Source: Eledone cirrhosa (taxonomy: Eukaryota). From it: a stretch of 64,000 nucleotides of DNA. The position numbers and the translations under genes are program-made. A model generated the notes under the pieces. That model did not search any database and was not told where the DNA came from. It saw only the letters and a program-made list of their open reading frames with translations. The stretch lies in the NCBI GenBank assembly GCA_964016885.1, contig OZ024762.1:29636001-29700000 (forward strand), written 5' to 3'. How positions within the stretch are numbered: position 1 is the first letter of the stretch; the number at the start of each line of letters is the position of its first letter. This document shows, in pieces, positions 10,381 to 23,445 of the stretch.

Positions 10381-13300
10381 TACCGTGTTGCCTACACGGC
10401 CACATTACAGCGTGGACTGTCTGGCGGGTTTTCTACGGCTGGATGCCCTTCCTAACACCAACCACATTTACAGTGTGGGCTGGGAGGTTTTTACCGTGTT
10501 GCGTACACGGCCACATTACAGTGTGGACTGTCTGGCGGGTTTTCTACAGCTGGATGCCCTTCCTAACACCAACTACGCTTACAGTGTGGAACTGGGAGGT
10601 TTTTACCGGGTTGCCTACACGGCCACATTACAGCGTGGACTGTCTGGCGGGTTTTCTGCAGCTGGATGCCCTTCCTAACACCAACTACGCTTACAGTGTG
10701 GAACTGGGAGGTTTTTACCGTGTTGCCTACACGGCCACATTACAGCGTGGACTGTCTGGCGGGTTTTCTACAGCTGGATGCCCTTCCTAACACCAACCAC
10801 ATTTACAGTGTGGACTGGGAGATTTTTACCGTGTTGCCTACACGGCCACATTACAGCGTGGACTGTCTGGCGGGTTTTCTACGGCTGGATGCCCTTCCTA
10901 ACACCAACCACATTTACAGTGTGGACTGGGAGGTTTTTACCGTGTTGCCTACACGGCCACATTACAGCGTTGACTGTCTGGCGGGTTTTCTACGGCTGGA
11001 TGCCCTTCCTAACACCAACCACATTTACAGTGTGGACTGGGAGGTTTTTACCGTGTTGCCTACACGGCCACATTACAGCGTGGACTGTCTGGCGGGTTTT
11101 CTACGGCTGGATGCCCTTCCTAACACCAACCACATTTAGTGTGGGGTTGCGAGGTTTTTACTGTGTTGCTTACACGGCCACATTATAGCGTGGACTGCCT
11201 GGCGGGTTTTCTACGGCTGGATGCCCTTCCTAACACCAACCACATTTACAGTGTGGAATGGGAGGTTTTTACCGTGTTGCCTACACGGCCACATTACAGC
11301 GTGGATTGACTGGCGGGTTTTCTACGGCTGGATGTCCTTCCTAACACCAACCACATTTACAGTGTGGGGCTGGGAGGTTTTTACTGTGTTGCCTACACAG
11401 CCACATTACAGCGTGGACTGTCTGGCGGGTTTTCTACAGCTAGATGCCCTTCCTAACACCAACTACGTTTACAGTGTGGAACTGGGAGGTTTTTACCGTG
11501 TTGCCTACACGGCCACATTACAGCGTGGACTGTCTGGCGGGTTTTCTACGGCTGGATGCCCTTCCTAACACCAACCACATTTACAGTGTGGGCTGGGAGG
11601 TTTTTACCGTGTTGCCTTCACGGCCACATTACAGTGTGGACTGTCTGGCGGGTTTTCTACAGCTGGATGCCCTTCCTAACACCAACTACGCTTACAGTGT
11701 GGAACTGGGAGGTTTTTACCGTGTTGCCTACACGGCCACATTACAGCGTGGACTGTCTGGCGGGTTTTATACAGCTGGATGCCCTTCCTAACACCAACCA
11801 CATTTACAGTGTGGACTGGGAGATTTTTACCGTGTTGCCTACACGGCCACATTACAGCGTGGACTGTCTGGCGGGTTTTCTACGGCTGGATGCCCTTCCT
11901 AACACCAACCACATTTACAGTGTGGACTGGGAGGTTTTTACCGTGTTGCCTACATGGCCACATTACAGCGTGGACTGTCTGGCGGGTTTTCTACGGCTGG
12001 ATGCCCTTCCTAACACCAACCACATTTACAGTGTGGACTGGGAGGTTTTTACCGTGTTGCCTACAAGGCCACATTACAGCGTGGACTGTCTGGCGGGTTT
12101 TCTACGGCTGGATGCCCTTCCTAACACCAACCACATTTACATTGTGGACTGGGAGATTTTTACCGTGTTGCCTATACGGCCACATTACAGCGTGGACTGT
12201 CTGGCGGGTTTTCTACAGCTGGATGCCCTTCCTAACACCAACCACATTTACAGTGTGGACTGGGAGATTTTTACCGTGTTGCCTACACGGCCACATTACA
12301 GCCTGGACTGTCTGGCGGGTTTTCTACGGCTGGATGCCCTTCCTAACACCAACCACATTTACAGTGTGGACTGGGAGGTTTTTACCGGGTTGCCTACACG
12401 GCCACATTACAGCGTGGACTATCTGGCGGGTTATCTACGGCTGGATGCCCTTCCTAACACGAACCACATTTACAGTGTGGACTGGGAGGTTTTTACCGTG
12501 TACCTACACGGCCACATTACAGCGTGGACTGTCTGGCGGGTTTTCTACAGCTGGATGCCCTTCCTAACACCAACTACGTTTACAGTGTGGAACTGGGAGG
12601 TTTTTCCCGTGTTGCCTACACGGCCACATTACAGCGTGGACTGTCTGGCGGGTTTTCTACGGCTGGATGCCCTTCCTAACACCAACCACATTTAGTGTGG
12701 GGTTGCGTGGTTTTTACCGTGTTGCCTACACGGCCACATTACAGCGTGGACTGTCTGGCGGGTTTTCTACGGCTGGATGCCCTTCCTAACACCAACCACA
12801 TTTACAGTGTGGGGCTGGGAGGTTTTTACCGTGTTGCCTACACGGCCACATTACAGCGTGGACTGTCTGGCGGGTTTTCTATGGCTGGATGCCCTTTCTA
12901 ACACCAACCACATTTACAGTGTGGGCTGGGAGGTTTTTACCGTGTTGCCTACACGGCCACATTACAGCGTGGACTGTCTGGCGGGTTTTCTACAGCTGGA
13001 TGCCCTTCCTAACACCAACTACGCTTACAGTGTGGAACTGGGAGGTTTTTTCCGTGTTGCCTACACGGCCACATTACAGCGTGGACTGTCTGGCGGGTTT
13101 TCCACAGCTGGATGCCCTTCCTAACACCAACCACATTTACAGTGTGGACTTGGAGATTTTTACCGTGTTGCCTACACGGCCACATTACAGCGTGGACTGT
13201 CTGGCGGGTTTTCTACGGCTGGATGCCCTTCCTAACACCAACCACATTTACAGTGTGGACTGGGAGGTTTTTACTGTGTTGCCTACACGGCCACATTACA

Positions 13301-15051
13301 GCGTGGACTGTCTGGCGGGTTTTCTACGGCTGGATGCCCTTCCTAACACCAACTACGTTTACAGTGTGGAACTGGGAGGTTTTTAGCGTGTTGCCTACAC
13401 GGCCACATTACAGCGTGGACTGTCTGGCGGGTTTTCTACAGCTGGATGCCCTTCCTAACACCAACCACATTTACAGTGTGGACTGGGAGATTTTTACCGT
13501 GTTGCCTACACGGCCACATTACAGCGTGGACTGTCTGGCGGGTTTTCTACGGCTGGATGCCCTTCCTAACACCAACCACATTTACATTGTGGACTGGGAG
13601 ATTTTTACCGTGTTGCCTACACGGCCACATTACAGCGTGGACTGACTGGCGGGTTTTCTACAGCTGGATGCTCTTCCTAACACCAACCACATTTACAGTG
13701 TGGACTGGGAGATTTTTACCGTGTTGCCTACACGGCCACATTACAGCGTGGACTTTCTGGCGGGTTATCTACGGCTGGATGCCCTTCCTAACACCAACCA
13801 CATTTACAGTGTGGGGCTGGGAGGTTTTTACTGTGTTGCCTCCACAGCCACATTACAGCGTGGACTGTCTGGCGGGTTTTCTACAGCTGGATGCCCTTCC
13901 TAACACCAACTACGTTTACAGTGTGGAACTGGGAGGTTTTTACCGTGTTGCCTACACGGCCATATTACAGCGTGGACTGTCTGGCGGGTTTTCTACGGCT
14001 GGATGCCCTTCCTAACACCAACCACATTTACAGTGTGGGCTGGGAGGTTTTTACCGTGTTGCCTACACGGCAACATTACAGTGTGGACTGTCTGGCGGGT
14101 TTTCTACAGCTGGATGCCCTTCCTAACACCAACTACGCTTACAGTGTGGAACTGGGAGGTTTTTACCGTGTTGCCTACACGGCCACATTACAGCGTGGAC
14201 TGTCTGGCGGGTTTTCTACAGCTGGATGCCCTTCCTAACACCAACCACATTTACAGTGTGGACTGGGAGATTTTTACCGTGTTGCCTACACGGCCACATT
14301 ACAGCGTGGACTGTCTGGCGGGTTTTCTACGACTGGATGCCCTTCCTAACACCAACCACATTTACAGTGTGGACTGGGAGGTTTTTACCGTGTTGCCTAC
14401 ACGGCCACATTACAGCGTGGACTGTCTGGCGGGTTTTCTACGGCTGGATGCCCTTCCTAACACCAACCACATTTACAGTGTGGACTGGGAGGTTTTTACA
14501 GTGTTGCCTACACGGCCACATTACAGCGTGGACTGTCTGGCGGGTTTTCTACGGCTTGATGCCCTTCCTAACACCAACCACATTTAGTGTGGGGTTGCGA
14601 GGTTTTTACTGTGTTGCTTACACGGCCACATTATAGCGTGGACTGTCTGGCGGGTTTTCTACGGCTGGATGCCCTTCCTAACACCAACCACATTTATAGT
14701 GTGGACTGGGATGTTTTTACCGTGTTGCCTACACGGCCACATTACAGCGTGGACTGTCTGGCGGGTTATCTACGGCTGGATGCCCTTCCTAACACCAACC
14801 ACATTTACAGTGTGGACTGGGAGGTTTTTACTGTGTTGCCTACACAGCCACTTTACAGCGTGGACTGTCTGGCGGGTTTTCTACAGCTGGATGCCCTTCC
14901 TAACACCAACTACGTTTACAGTGTGGAACTGGGAGGTTTTTACCGTGTTGCCTACACGGCCACATTACAGCGTGGACTGTCTGGCGGGTTTTCTACGGCT
15001 GGATGCCCTTCCTAACACCAACCACATTTACAGTGTGGGCTGGGAGGTTTT

Positions 15052-15103
15052 TACCGTGTTGCCTACACGGCCACATTACAGTGTGGACTGTCTAGCGGGT
15101 TTT
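15052..15103 (+). repeat. 52-bp truncated monomer (TCTAGCGGG variant)
   Basis: TACCG at 15052 and 15104; carries a G>A change giving TCTAGCGGG. Confidence 0.95.
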
Positions 15104-18100
15104 TACCGTGTTGCCTACACGGCCACATTACAGCGTGGACTGTCTGGCGGGTTTTCTACGGCTGGATGCCCTTCCTAACACCAACCACATTTACAGTGTG
15201 GACTGGGAGATTTTTACCGTGTTGCCTACACGGCCACATTACAGCGTGGACTGTCTGGCGGGTTTTCTACGGCTGGATGCCCTTCCTAACACCAACCACA
15301 TTTACAGTGTGGGCTGGGAGGTTTTTACCGTGTTGCCTACACGGCCACATTACAGTGTGGACTGTCTGGCGGGTTTTCTACAGCTGGATGCCCTTCCTAA
15401 CACCAACTACGCTTACAGTGTGGAACTGGGAGGTTTTTACCGGGTTGCCTACACGGCCACATTACAGCGTGGACTGTCTGGCGGGTTATCTACGGCTGGA
15501 TGCCCTTCCTAACACCAACCACATTTACAGTGTGGACTGGGAGGTTTTTACCGTGTTGCCTACACGGCCACATTACAGCGTGGACTGTCTGGCGGGTTTT
15601 CTGCAGTTGGATGCCCTTCCTAACACCAACTACGCTTACAGTGTGGAACTGGGAGGTTTTTACCGTGTTGCCTACACGGCCACATTACAGCGTGGACTGT
15701 CTGGCGGGTTTTCTACAGCTGGATGCCCTTCCTAACACCAACCACATTTACAGTGTGGACTGGGAGATTTTTACCGTGTTGCCTACACGGCCACATTACA
15801 GCGTGGACTGTCTGGCGGGTTTTCTACGGCTGGATGCCCTTCCTAACACCAACCACATTTACAGTGTGGACTGGGAGGTTTTTACCGTGTTGCCTACACG
15901 GCCACATTACAGCGTTGACTGTCTGGCGGGTTTTCTACGGCTGGATGCCCTTCCTAACACCAACCACATTTACAGTGTGGACTGGGAGGTTTTTACCGTG
16001 TTGCCTACACGGCCACATTACAGCGTGGACTGTCTGGCGGGTTTTCTACGGCTGGATGCCCTTCCTAACACCAACCACATTTAGTGTGGGGTTGCGAGGT
16101 TTTTACTGTGTTGCTTACACGGCCACATTATAGCGTGGACTGCCTGGCGGGTTTTCTACGGCTGGATGCCCTTCCTAACACCAACCACATTTACAGTGTG
16201 GACTGGGAGGTTTTTACCGTGTTGCCTACACGGCCACATTACAGCGTGGACTGACTGGCGGGTTTTCATACAGCTGGATGCTCTTCCTAACACCAACCAC
16301 ATTTACAGTGTGGACTGGGAGATTTTTACCGTGTTGCCTACACGGCCACATTACAGCGTGGACTGTCTGGCGGGTTTTCTACGGCTGGATGTCCTTCCTA
16401 ACACCAACCACATTTACAGTGTGGGGCTGGGAGGTTTTTACTGTGTTGCCTACACAGCCACATTACAGCGTGGACTGTCTGGCGGGTTTTCTACAGCTAG
16501 ATGCCCTTCCTAACACCAACTACGTTTACAGTGTGGAACTGGGAGGTTTTTACCGTGTTGCCTACACGGCCACATTACAGCGTGGACTGTCTGGCGGGTT
16601 TTCTACGGCTGGATGCCCTTCCTAACACCAACCACATTTACAGTGTGGGCTGGGAGGTTTTTACCGTGTTGCCTTCACGGCCACATTACAGTGTGGACTG
16701 TCTGGCGGGTTTTCTACGGCTGGATGCCCTTCCTAACACCAACCACATTTACAGTGTGGACTGGGAGGTTTTTACCGTGTTGCCTACAAGGCCACATTAC
16801 AGCGTGGACTGTCTGGCGGGTTTTCTACGGCTGGATGCCCTTCCTAACACCAACCACATTTACATTGTGGACTGGGAGATTTTTACCGTGTTGCCTATAC
16901 GGCCACATTACAGCGTGGACTGTCTGGCGGGTTTTCTACAGCTGGATGCCCTTCCTAACACAAACCACATTTACAGTGTGGACTGGGTTATTTTTACCGT
17001 GTTGCCTACACGGCCACATTACAGCGTGGACTGTCTGGCGGGTTTTCTACGGCTGGATGCCCTTCCTAACACCAACCACATTTACAGTGTGGACTGGGAG
17101 GTTTTTACCGGGTTGCCTACACGGCCACATTACAGCGTGGACTATCTGGCGGGTTATCTACGGCTGGATGCCCTTCCTAACACCAACCACATTTACAGTG
17201 TGGACTGGGAGGTTTTTACCGTGTTGCCTACACGGCCACATTACAGCGTGGACTGTCTGGCGGGTTATCTACGGCTGGATGCCCTTCCTAACACCAACCA
17301 CATTTACAGTGTGGAACTGGGAGGTTTTTACCGTGTTGCCTACACGGCCACATTACAGCGTGGACTGTCTGGCGGGTTTTCTACGGCTGGATGCTATTCC
17401 TAACACCAACCACATTTACATTTTGGACTGGGAGATTTTTACCGTGTTGCCTACACGGCCACATTACAGCGTGGACTGACTGGCGGGTTTTCTACAGCTG
17501 GATGCTCTTCCTAACAACAACCACATTTACAGTGTGGACTGGGAGATTTTTACCGTGTTGCCTACACGGCCACATTACAGCGTGGACTGTCTGGCGGGTT
17601 TTCTACGGCTGGATGCCCTTCCTAACACCAACCACATTAAGTGTGGGGTTGCGAGGTTTTTACTGTGTTGCCTACACGGCCACATTACAGCGTGGACTGT
17701 CTGGCGGGTTTTCTACGGCTGGATGCCCTTCCTAACACCAACCACATTTACATTGTGGACTGGGATATTTTTACCGTGTTGCCTACACGGCCACATTACA
17801 GCGTGGACTGACTGGCGGGTTTTCTACAGCTGGATGCTCTTCCTAACACCAACCACATTTACAGTGTGGACTGGGAGATTTTTACCGTGTTGCCTACACG
17901 GCCACATTACAGCGTGGACTGTCTGGCGGGTTTTCTACGGCTGGATGCCCTTCCTAACACCAACCACATTTACAGTGTGGGGCTGGGAGGTTTTTACTGT
18001 GTTGCCTACACAGCCACACTACAGCGTGGACTGTCTGGCGGGTTTTCTACAGCTGGATGCCCTTCCTAACACCAACTACGTTTACAGTGTGGAATTGGGA

Positions 18101-19549
18101 GGTTTTTACCGTGTTGCCTACACGGCCACATTACAGCGTGGACTGTCTGGCGGGTTTTCTACGGCTGGATGCCCTTCCTAACACCAACCACATTTACAGT
18201 GTGGGCTGGGAGATTTTTAACGTGTTGCCTACACGGCCACATTACAGCGTGGACTGTCTGGCGGGTTTTCTACAGCTGGATGCCCTTCCTAACACCAACC
18301 ACATTTACAGTGTGGACTGGGAGATTTTTACCGTGTTGCCTACACGGCCACATTACAGCGTGGACTGTCTGGCGGGTTTTCTACGGCTGGATGCCCTTCC
18401 CAACACCAACCACATTTACAGTGTGGACTGGGAGGTTTTTACCGTGTTGCCTACACGGCCACATTACAGCGTGGACCGTCTGGCGGGTTTTCTACAGCTG
18501 GATGCCCTTCCTAACACCAACTACGCTTACAGTGTGGACTGGGAGGTTTTTACCGTGTTGCCTACACGGCCACATTACAGCGTGGACTATCTGGCGGGTT
18601 TTCTACAGCTGGATGCCCTTCCTAACACCAACCACATTTACAGTGTGGACTGGGAGATTTTTACCGTGTTGCCTACACGGCCACATTACAGCGTGGACTG
18701 TCTGGCGGGTTTTCTACGGCTGGATGCCCTTCCTAACACCAACCACATTCAGTGTGGGGTTGCGAGGTTTTTACTGTGTTGCTTACACGGCCACATTATA
18801 GCGTGGACTGTCTGGCGGGTTTTCTACGGCTGGATGCCCTTCCTAACACCAACCACATTTACAGTGTGGACTGGGAGCTTTTTACCGTATTGCCTACACG
18901 GCCACATTACAGCGTGGACTGTCTGGCGGGTTATCTACGGCTGGATGCCCTTCCTAACACCAACCACATTTACAGTGTGGACTGGGAGGTTTTTACAGTG
19001 TTGCCTACACGGCCACATTACAGCGTGGACTGTCTGGCGGGTTTTCTACGGCTTGATGCCCTTCCTAACACCAACCACATTTAGTGTGGGGTTGCGAGGT
19101 TTTTACTGTGTTGCTTACACGGCCACATTATAGCGTGGACTGTCTGGCGGGTTTTCTACGGCTGGATGCCCTTCCTAACACCAACCACATTTACAGTGTG
19201 GACTGGGAGGTTTTTACCGTGTTGCCTACACGGCCACATTACAGCGTGGACTGTCTGGCGGGTTATCTACGGCTGGATGCCCTTCCTAACACCAACCACA
19301 TTTACAGTGTGGACTGGGAGGTTTTTACCGTGTTGCCTACACGGCCACATTACAGCGTGGACTGTCTGGCGGGTTTTCTACGGCTGGATGCCCTTCCTAA
19401 CACCAACCACATTTACATTGTGGACTGGGAGATTTTTACCGTGTTGCCTACACGGCCACATTACAGCGTGGACTGTCTGGCGGGTTTTCTACGGCTGGAT
19501 GCCCTTCCTAACACCAACCACATTTACAGTGTGGGGCTGGAAGGTTTTT

Positions 19550-21420
19550 ACTGTGTTGCCTACACAGCCACTTTACAGCGTGGACTGTCTGGCGGGTTTT
19601 CTACAGCTGGATGCCCTTCCTAACACCAACTACGTTTACAGTGTGGAACTGGGAGGTTTTTACCGTGTTGCCTACACGGCCACATTACAGCGTGGACTGT
19701 CTGGCGGGTTTTCTACGGCTGGATGCCCTTCCTAACACCAACCACATTTACAGTGTGGGCTGGGAGGTTTTTACCGTGTTGCCTACACGGCCACACTACA
19801 GTGTGGACTGTCTAGCGGGTTTTTACCGTGTTGCCTACACGGCCACATTACAGCGTGGACTGTCTGGCGGGTTTTCTACGGCTGGATGCCCTTCCTAACA
19901 CCAACCACATTTACAGTGTGGACTGGGAGATTTTTACCGTGTTGCCTACACGGCCACATTACAGCGTGGACTGTCTGGCGGGTTTTCTACGGCTGGATGC
20001 CCTTCCTAACACCAACCACATTTACAGTGTGGGCTGGGAGGTTTTTACCGTGTTGCCTACACGGCCACATTACAGTGTGGACTGTCTGGCGGGTTTTCTA
20101 CAGCTGGATGCCCTTCCTAACACCAACTACGCTTACAGTGTGGAACTGGGAGGTTTTTACCGGGTTGCCTACACGGCCACATTACAGCGTGGACTGTCTG
20201 GCGGGTTATCTACAGCTGGATGCACTTCCTAACACCAACCACATTTACAGTGTGGACTGGGAGGTTTTTACCGTGTTGCCTACACGGCCACATTACAGCG
20301 TGGACTGTCTGGCGGGTTTTCTGCAGCTGGATGCCCTTCCTAACACCAACTACGCTTACAGTGTGGAACTGGGAGGTTTTACCGTGTTGCCTACACGGCC
20401 ACATTACAGCGTGGACTGTCTGGCGGGTTTTCTACAGCTGGATGCCCTTCCTAACACCAACCACATTTACAGTGTGGACTGGGAGATTTTTACCGTGTTG
20501 CCTACACGGCCACATTACAGCGTGGACTGTCTGGCGGGTTTTCTACGGCTGGATGCCCTTCCTAACACCAACCACATTTACAGTGTGGACTGGGAGGTTT
20601 TTACCGTGTTGCCTACACGGCCACATTACAGCGTTGACTGTCTGGCGGGTTTTCTACGGCTGGATGCCCTTCCTAACACCAACCACATTTACAGTGTGGA
20701 CTGGGAGGTTTTTACCGTGTTGCCTACACGGCCACATTACAGCGTGGACTGTCTGGCGGGTTTTCTACGGCTGGATGCCCTTCCTAACACCAACCACATT
20801 TAGTGTGGGGTTGCGAGGTTTTTACTGTGTTGCTTACACGGCCACATTATAGCGTGGACTGCCTGGCGGGTTTTCTACGGCTGGATGCCCTTCCTAACAC
20901 CAACCACATTTACAGTGTGGACTGGGAGGTTTTTACCGTGTTGCCTACACGGCCACATTACAGCGTGGATTGACTGGCGGGTTTTCTACAGCTGGATGCT
21001 CTTCCTAACACCAACCACATTTACAGTGTGGACTGGGAGATTTTTACCGTGTTGCCTACACGGCCACATTACAGCGTGGACTGTCTGGCGGGTTTTCTAC
21101 GGCTGGATGTCCTTCCTAACACCAACCACATTTACAGTGTGGGGCTGGGAGGTTTTTACTGTGTTGCCTACACAGCCACATTACAGCGTGGACTGTCTGG
21201 CGGGTTTTCTACAGCTAGATGCCCTTCCTAACACCAACTACGTTTACAGTGTGGAACTGGGAGGTTTTTACCGTGTTGCCTACACGGCCACATTACAGCG
21301 TGGACTGTCTGGCGGGTTTTCTACGGCTGGATGCCCTTCCTAACACCAACCACATTTACAGTGTGGGCTGGGAGGTTTTTACCGTGTTGCCTTCACGGCC
21401 ACATTACAGTGTGGACTGTC
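19550..21420 (+). repeat. Higher-order duplicate of about 14830-16700 (offset about 4720 bp)
   Basis: ORF pairs 15108/19828 and 15166/19886. Shared rare variants CAGCCACTTTACAG, TCTAGCGGG, GGACTGCCTGG, GATGTCCTT and CAGCTAGATG occur in the same order. Boundaries are approximate. Confidence 0.8.
19772..19823 (+). repeat. 52-bp truncated monomer (TCTAGCGGG variant)
   Basis: TACCG at 19772 and 19824; shares the TCTAG change with the copy at 15052. Confidence 0.95.
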
Positions 21421-21999
21421 TGGCGGGTTTTCTACAGCTGGATGCCCTTCCTAACACCAACTACGCTTACAGTGTGGAACTGGGAGGTTTTTACCGTGTT
21501 GCCTACACGGCCACATTACAGCGTGGACTGTCTGGCGGTTTTTCTACAGCTGGATGCCCTTCCTAACACCAACCACAATTACAGTGTGGACTGGGAGATT
21601 TTTACCGTGTTGCCTACACGGCCACATTACAGCGTGGACTGACTGGCGGGTTTTCTACAGCTGGATGCTCTTCCTAACACCAACCACATTTACAGTGTGG
21701 ACTGGGAGATTTTTACCGTGTTGCCTACACGGCCACATTACAGCGTGGACTGTCTGGCGGGTTTTCTACGGCTGGATGCCCTTCCTAACACCAACCACAT
21801 TTACAGTGTGGGGCTGGGAGGTTTTTACTGTGTTGCCTACACAGCCACACTACAGCGTGGACTGTCTGGCGGGTTTTCTACAGCTGGATGCCCTTCCTAA
21901 CACCAACTACGTTTACAGTGTGGAACTGGGAGGTTTTTACCGTGTTGCCTACACGGCCACATTACAGCGTGGACTGTCTGGCGGGTTTTCTACGGCTGG

Positions 22000-23445
22000 A
22001 TGCCCTTCCTAACACCAACCACATTTACAGTGTGGACTGGGAGGTTTTTACCGTGTTGCCTACAAGGCCACATTACAGCGTGGACTGTCTGGCGGGTTTT
22101 CTACGGCTGGATGCCCTTCCTAACACCAACCACATTTACATTGTGGACTGGGAGATTTTTACCGTGTTGCCTATACGGCCACATTACAGCGTGGACTGTC
22201 TGGCGGGTTTTCTACAGCTGGATGCCCTTCCTAACACCAACGACATTTACAGTGTGGACTGGGATATTTTTACCGTGTTGCCTACACGGCCACATTACAG
22301 CGTGGACTGTCTGGCGGGTTTTCTACGGCTGGATGCCCTTCCTAACACCAACCACATTTACAGTGTGGACTGGGAGGTTTTTACCGGGTTGCCTACACGG
22401 CCACATTACAGCGTGGACTATCTGGCGGGTTATCTACGGCTGGATGCCCTTCCTAACACCAACCACATTTACAGTGTGGACTGGGAGGTTTTTACCGTGT
22501 TGCCTACACGGCCACATTACAGCGTGGACTGTCTGGCGGGTTATCTACGGCTGGATGCCCTTCCTAACACCAACCACATTTACAGTGTGGAACTGGGAGG
22601 TTTTTACCGTGTTGCCTACACGGCCACATTACAGCGTGGACTGTCTGGCGGGTTTTCTACGGCTGGATGCTATTCCTAACACCAACCACATTTACATTTT
22701 GGACTGGGAGATTTTTACCGTGTTGCCTACACGGCCACATTACAGCGTGGACTGACTGGCGGGTTTTCTACAGCTGGATGCTCTTCCTAACACCAACCAC
22801 ATTTACAGTGTGGACTGGGAGATTTTTACCGTGTTGCCTACACGGCCACATTACAGCGTGGACTGTCTGGCGGGTTTTCTACGGCTGGATGCCCTTCCTA
22901 ACACCAACCACATTTAGTGTGGGGTTGCGAGGTTTTTACTGGGTTGCCTACACGGCCACATTACAGCGTGGACTGTCTGGCGGGTTTTCTACGGCTGGAT
23001 GCCCTTCCTAACACCAACCACATTTACATTGTGGACTGGGATATTTTTACCGTGTTGCCTACACGGCCACATTACAGCGTGGACTGACTGGCGGGTTTTC
23101 TACAGCTGGATGCTCTTCCTAACACCAACCACATTTACAGTGTGGACTGGGAGATTTTTACCGTGTTGCCTACACGGCCACATTACAGCGTGGACTGTCT
23201 GGCGGGTTTTCTACGGCTGGATGCCCTTCCTAACACCAACCACATTTACAGTGTGGGGCTGGGAGGTTTTTACTGTGTTGCCTACACAGCCACACTACAG
23301 CGTGGACTGTCTGGCGGGTTTTCTACAGCTGGATGCCCTTCCTAACACCAACTACGTTTACAGTGTGGAACTGGGAGGTTTTTACCGTGTTGCCTACACG
23401 GCCACATTACAGCGTGGACTGTCTGGCGGGTTTTCTACGGCTGGA
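22000..23445 (+). repeat. Higher-order duplicate of about 16725-18170 (offset 5276 bp)
   Basis: ORF pairs 17391/22667, 17866/23142 and 18057/23333. CTACAAGG, CCTATACGG, GATGCTATTCC and GGGATATTT appear in the same order. Confidence 0.8.

Noticed and set aside
12495-16272. Singleton indels (2-bp loss ACCGTGTACC at about 12500; 1-bp gain TTTTCATACAG at about 16267)
   Set aside because: Each was seen once, so they cannot be told apart from consensus errors without reads, and they show no pattern.
20210-20404. Single minus-strand 64-aa ORF
   Set aside because: It arises from a 1-bp deletion in a T-run near 20377 that shifts frame between stops; the sequence is ordinary satellite.
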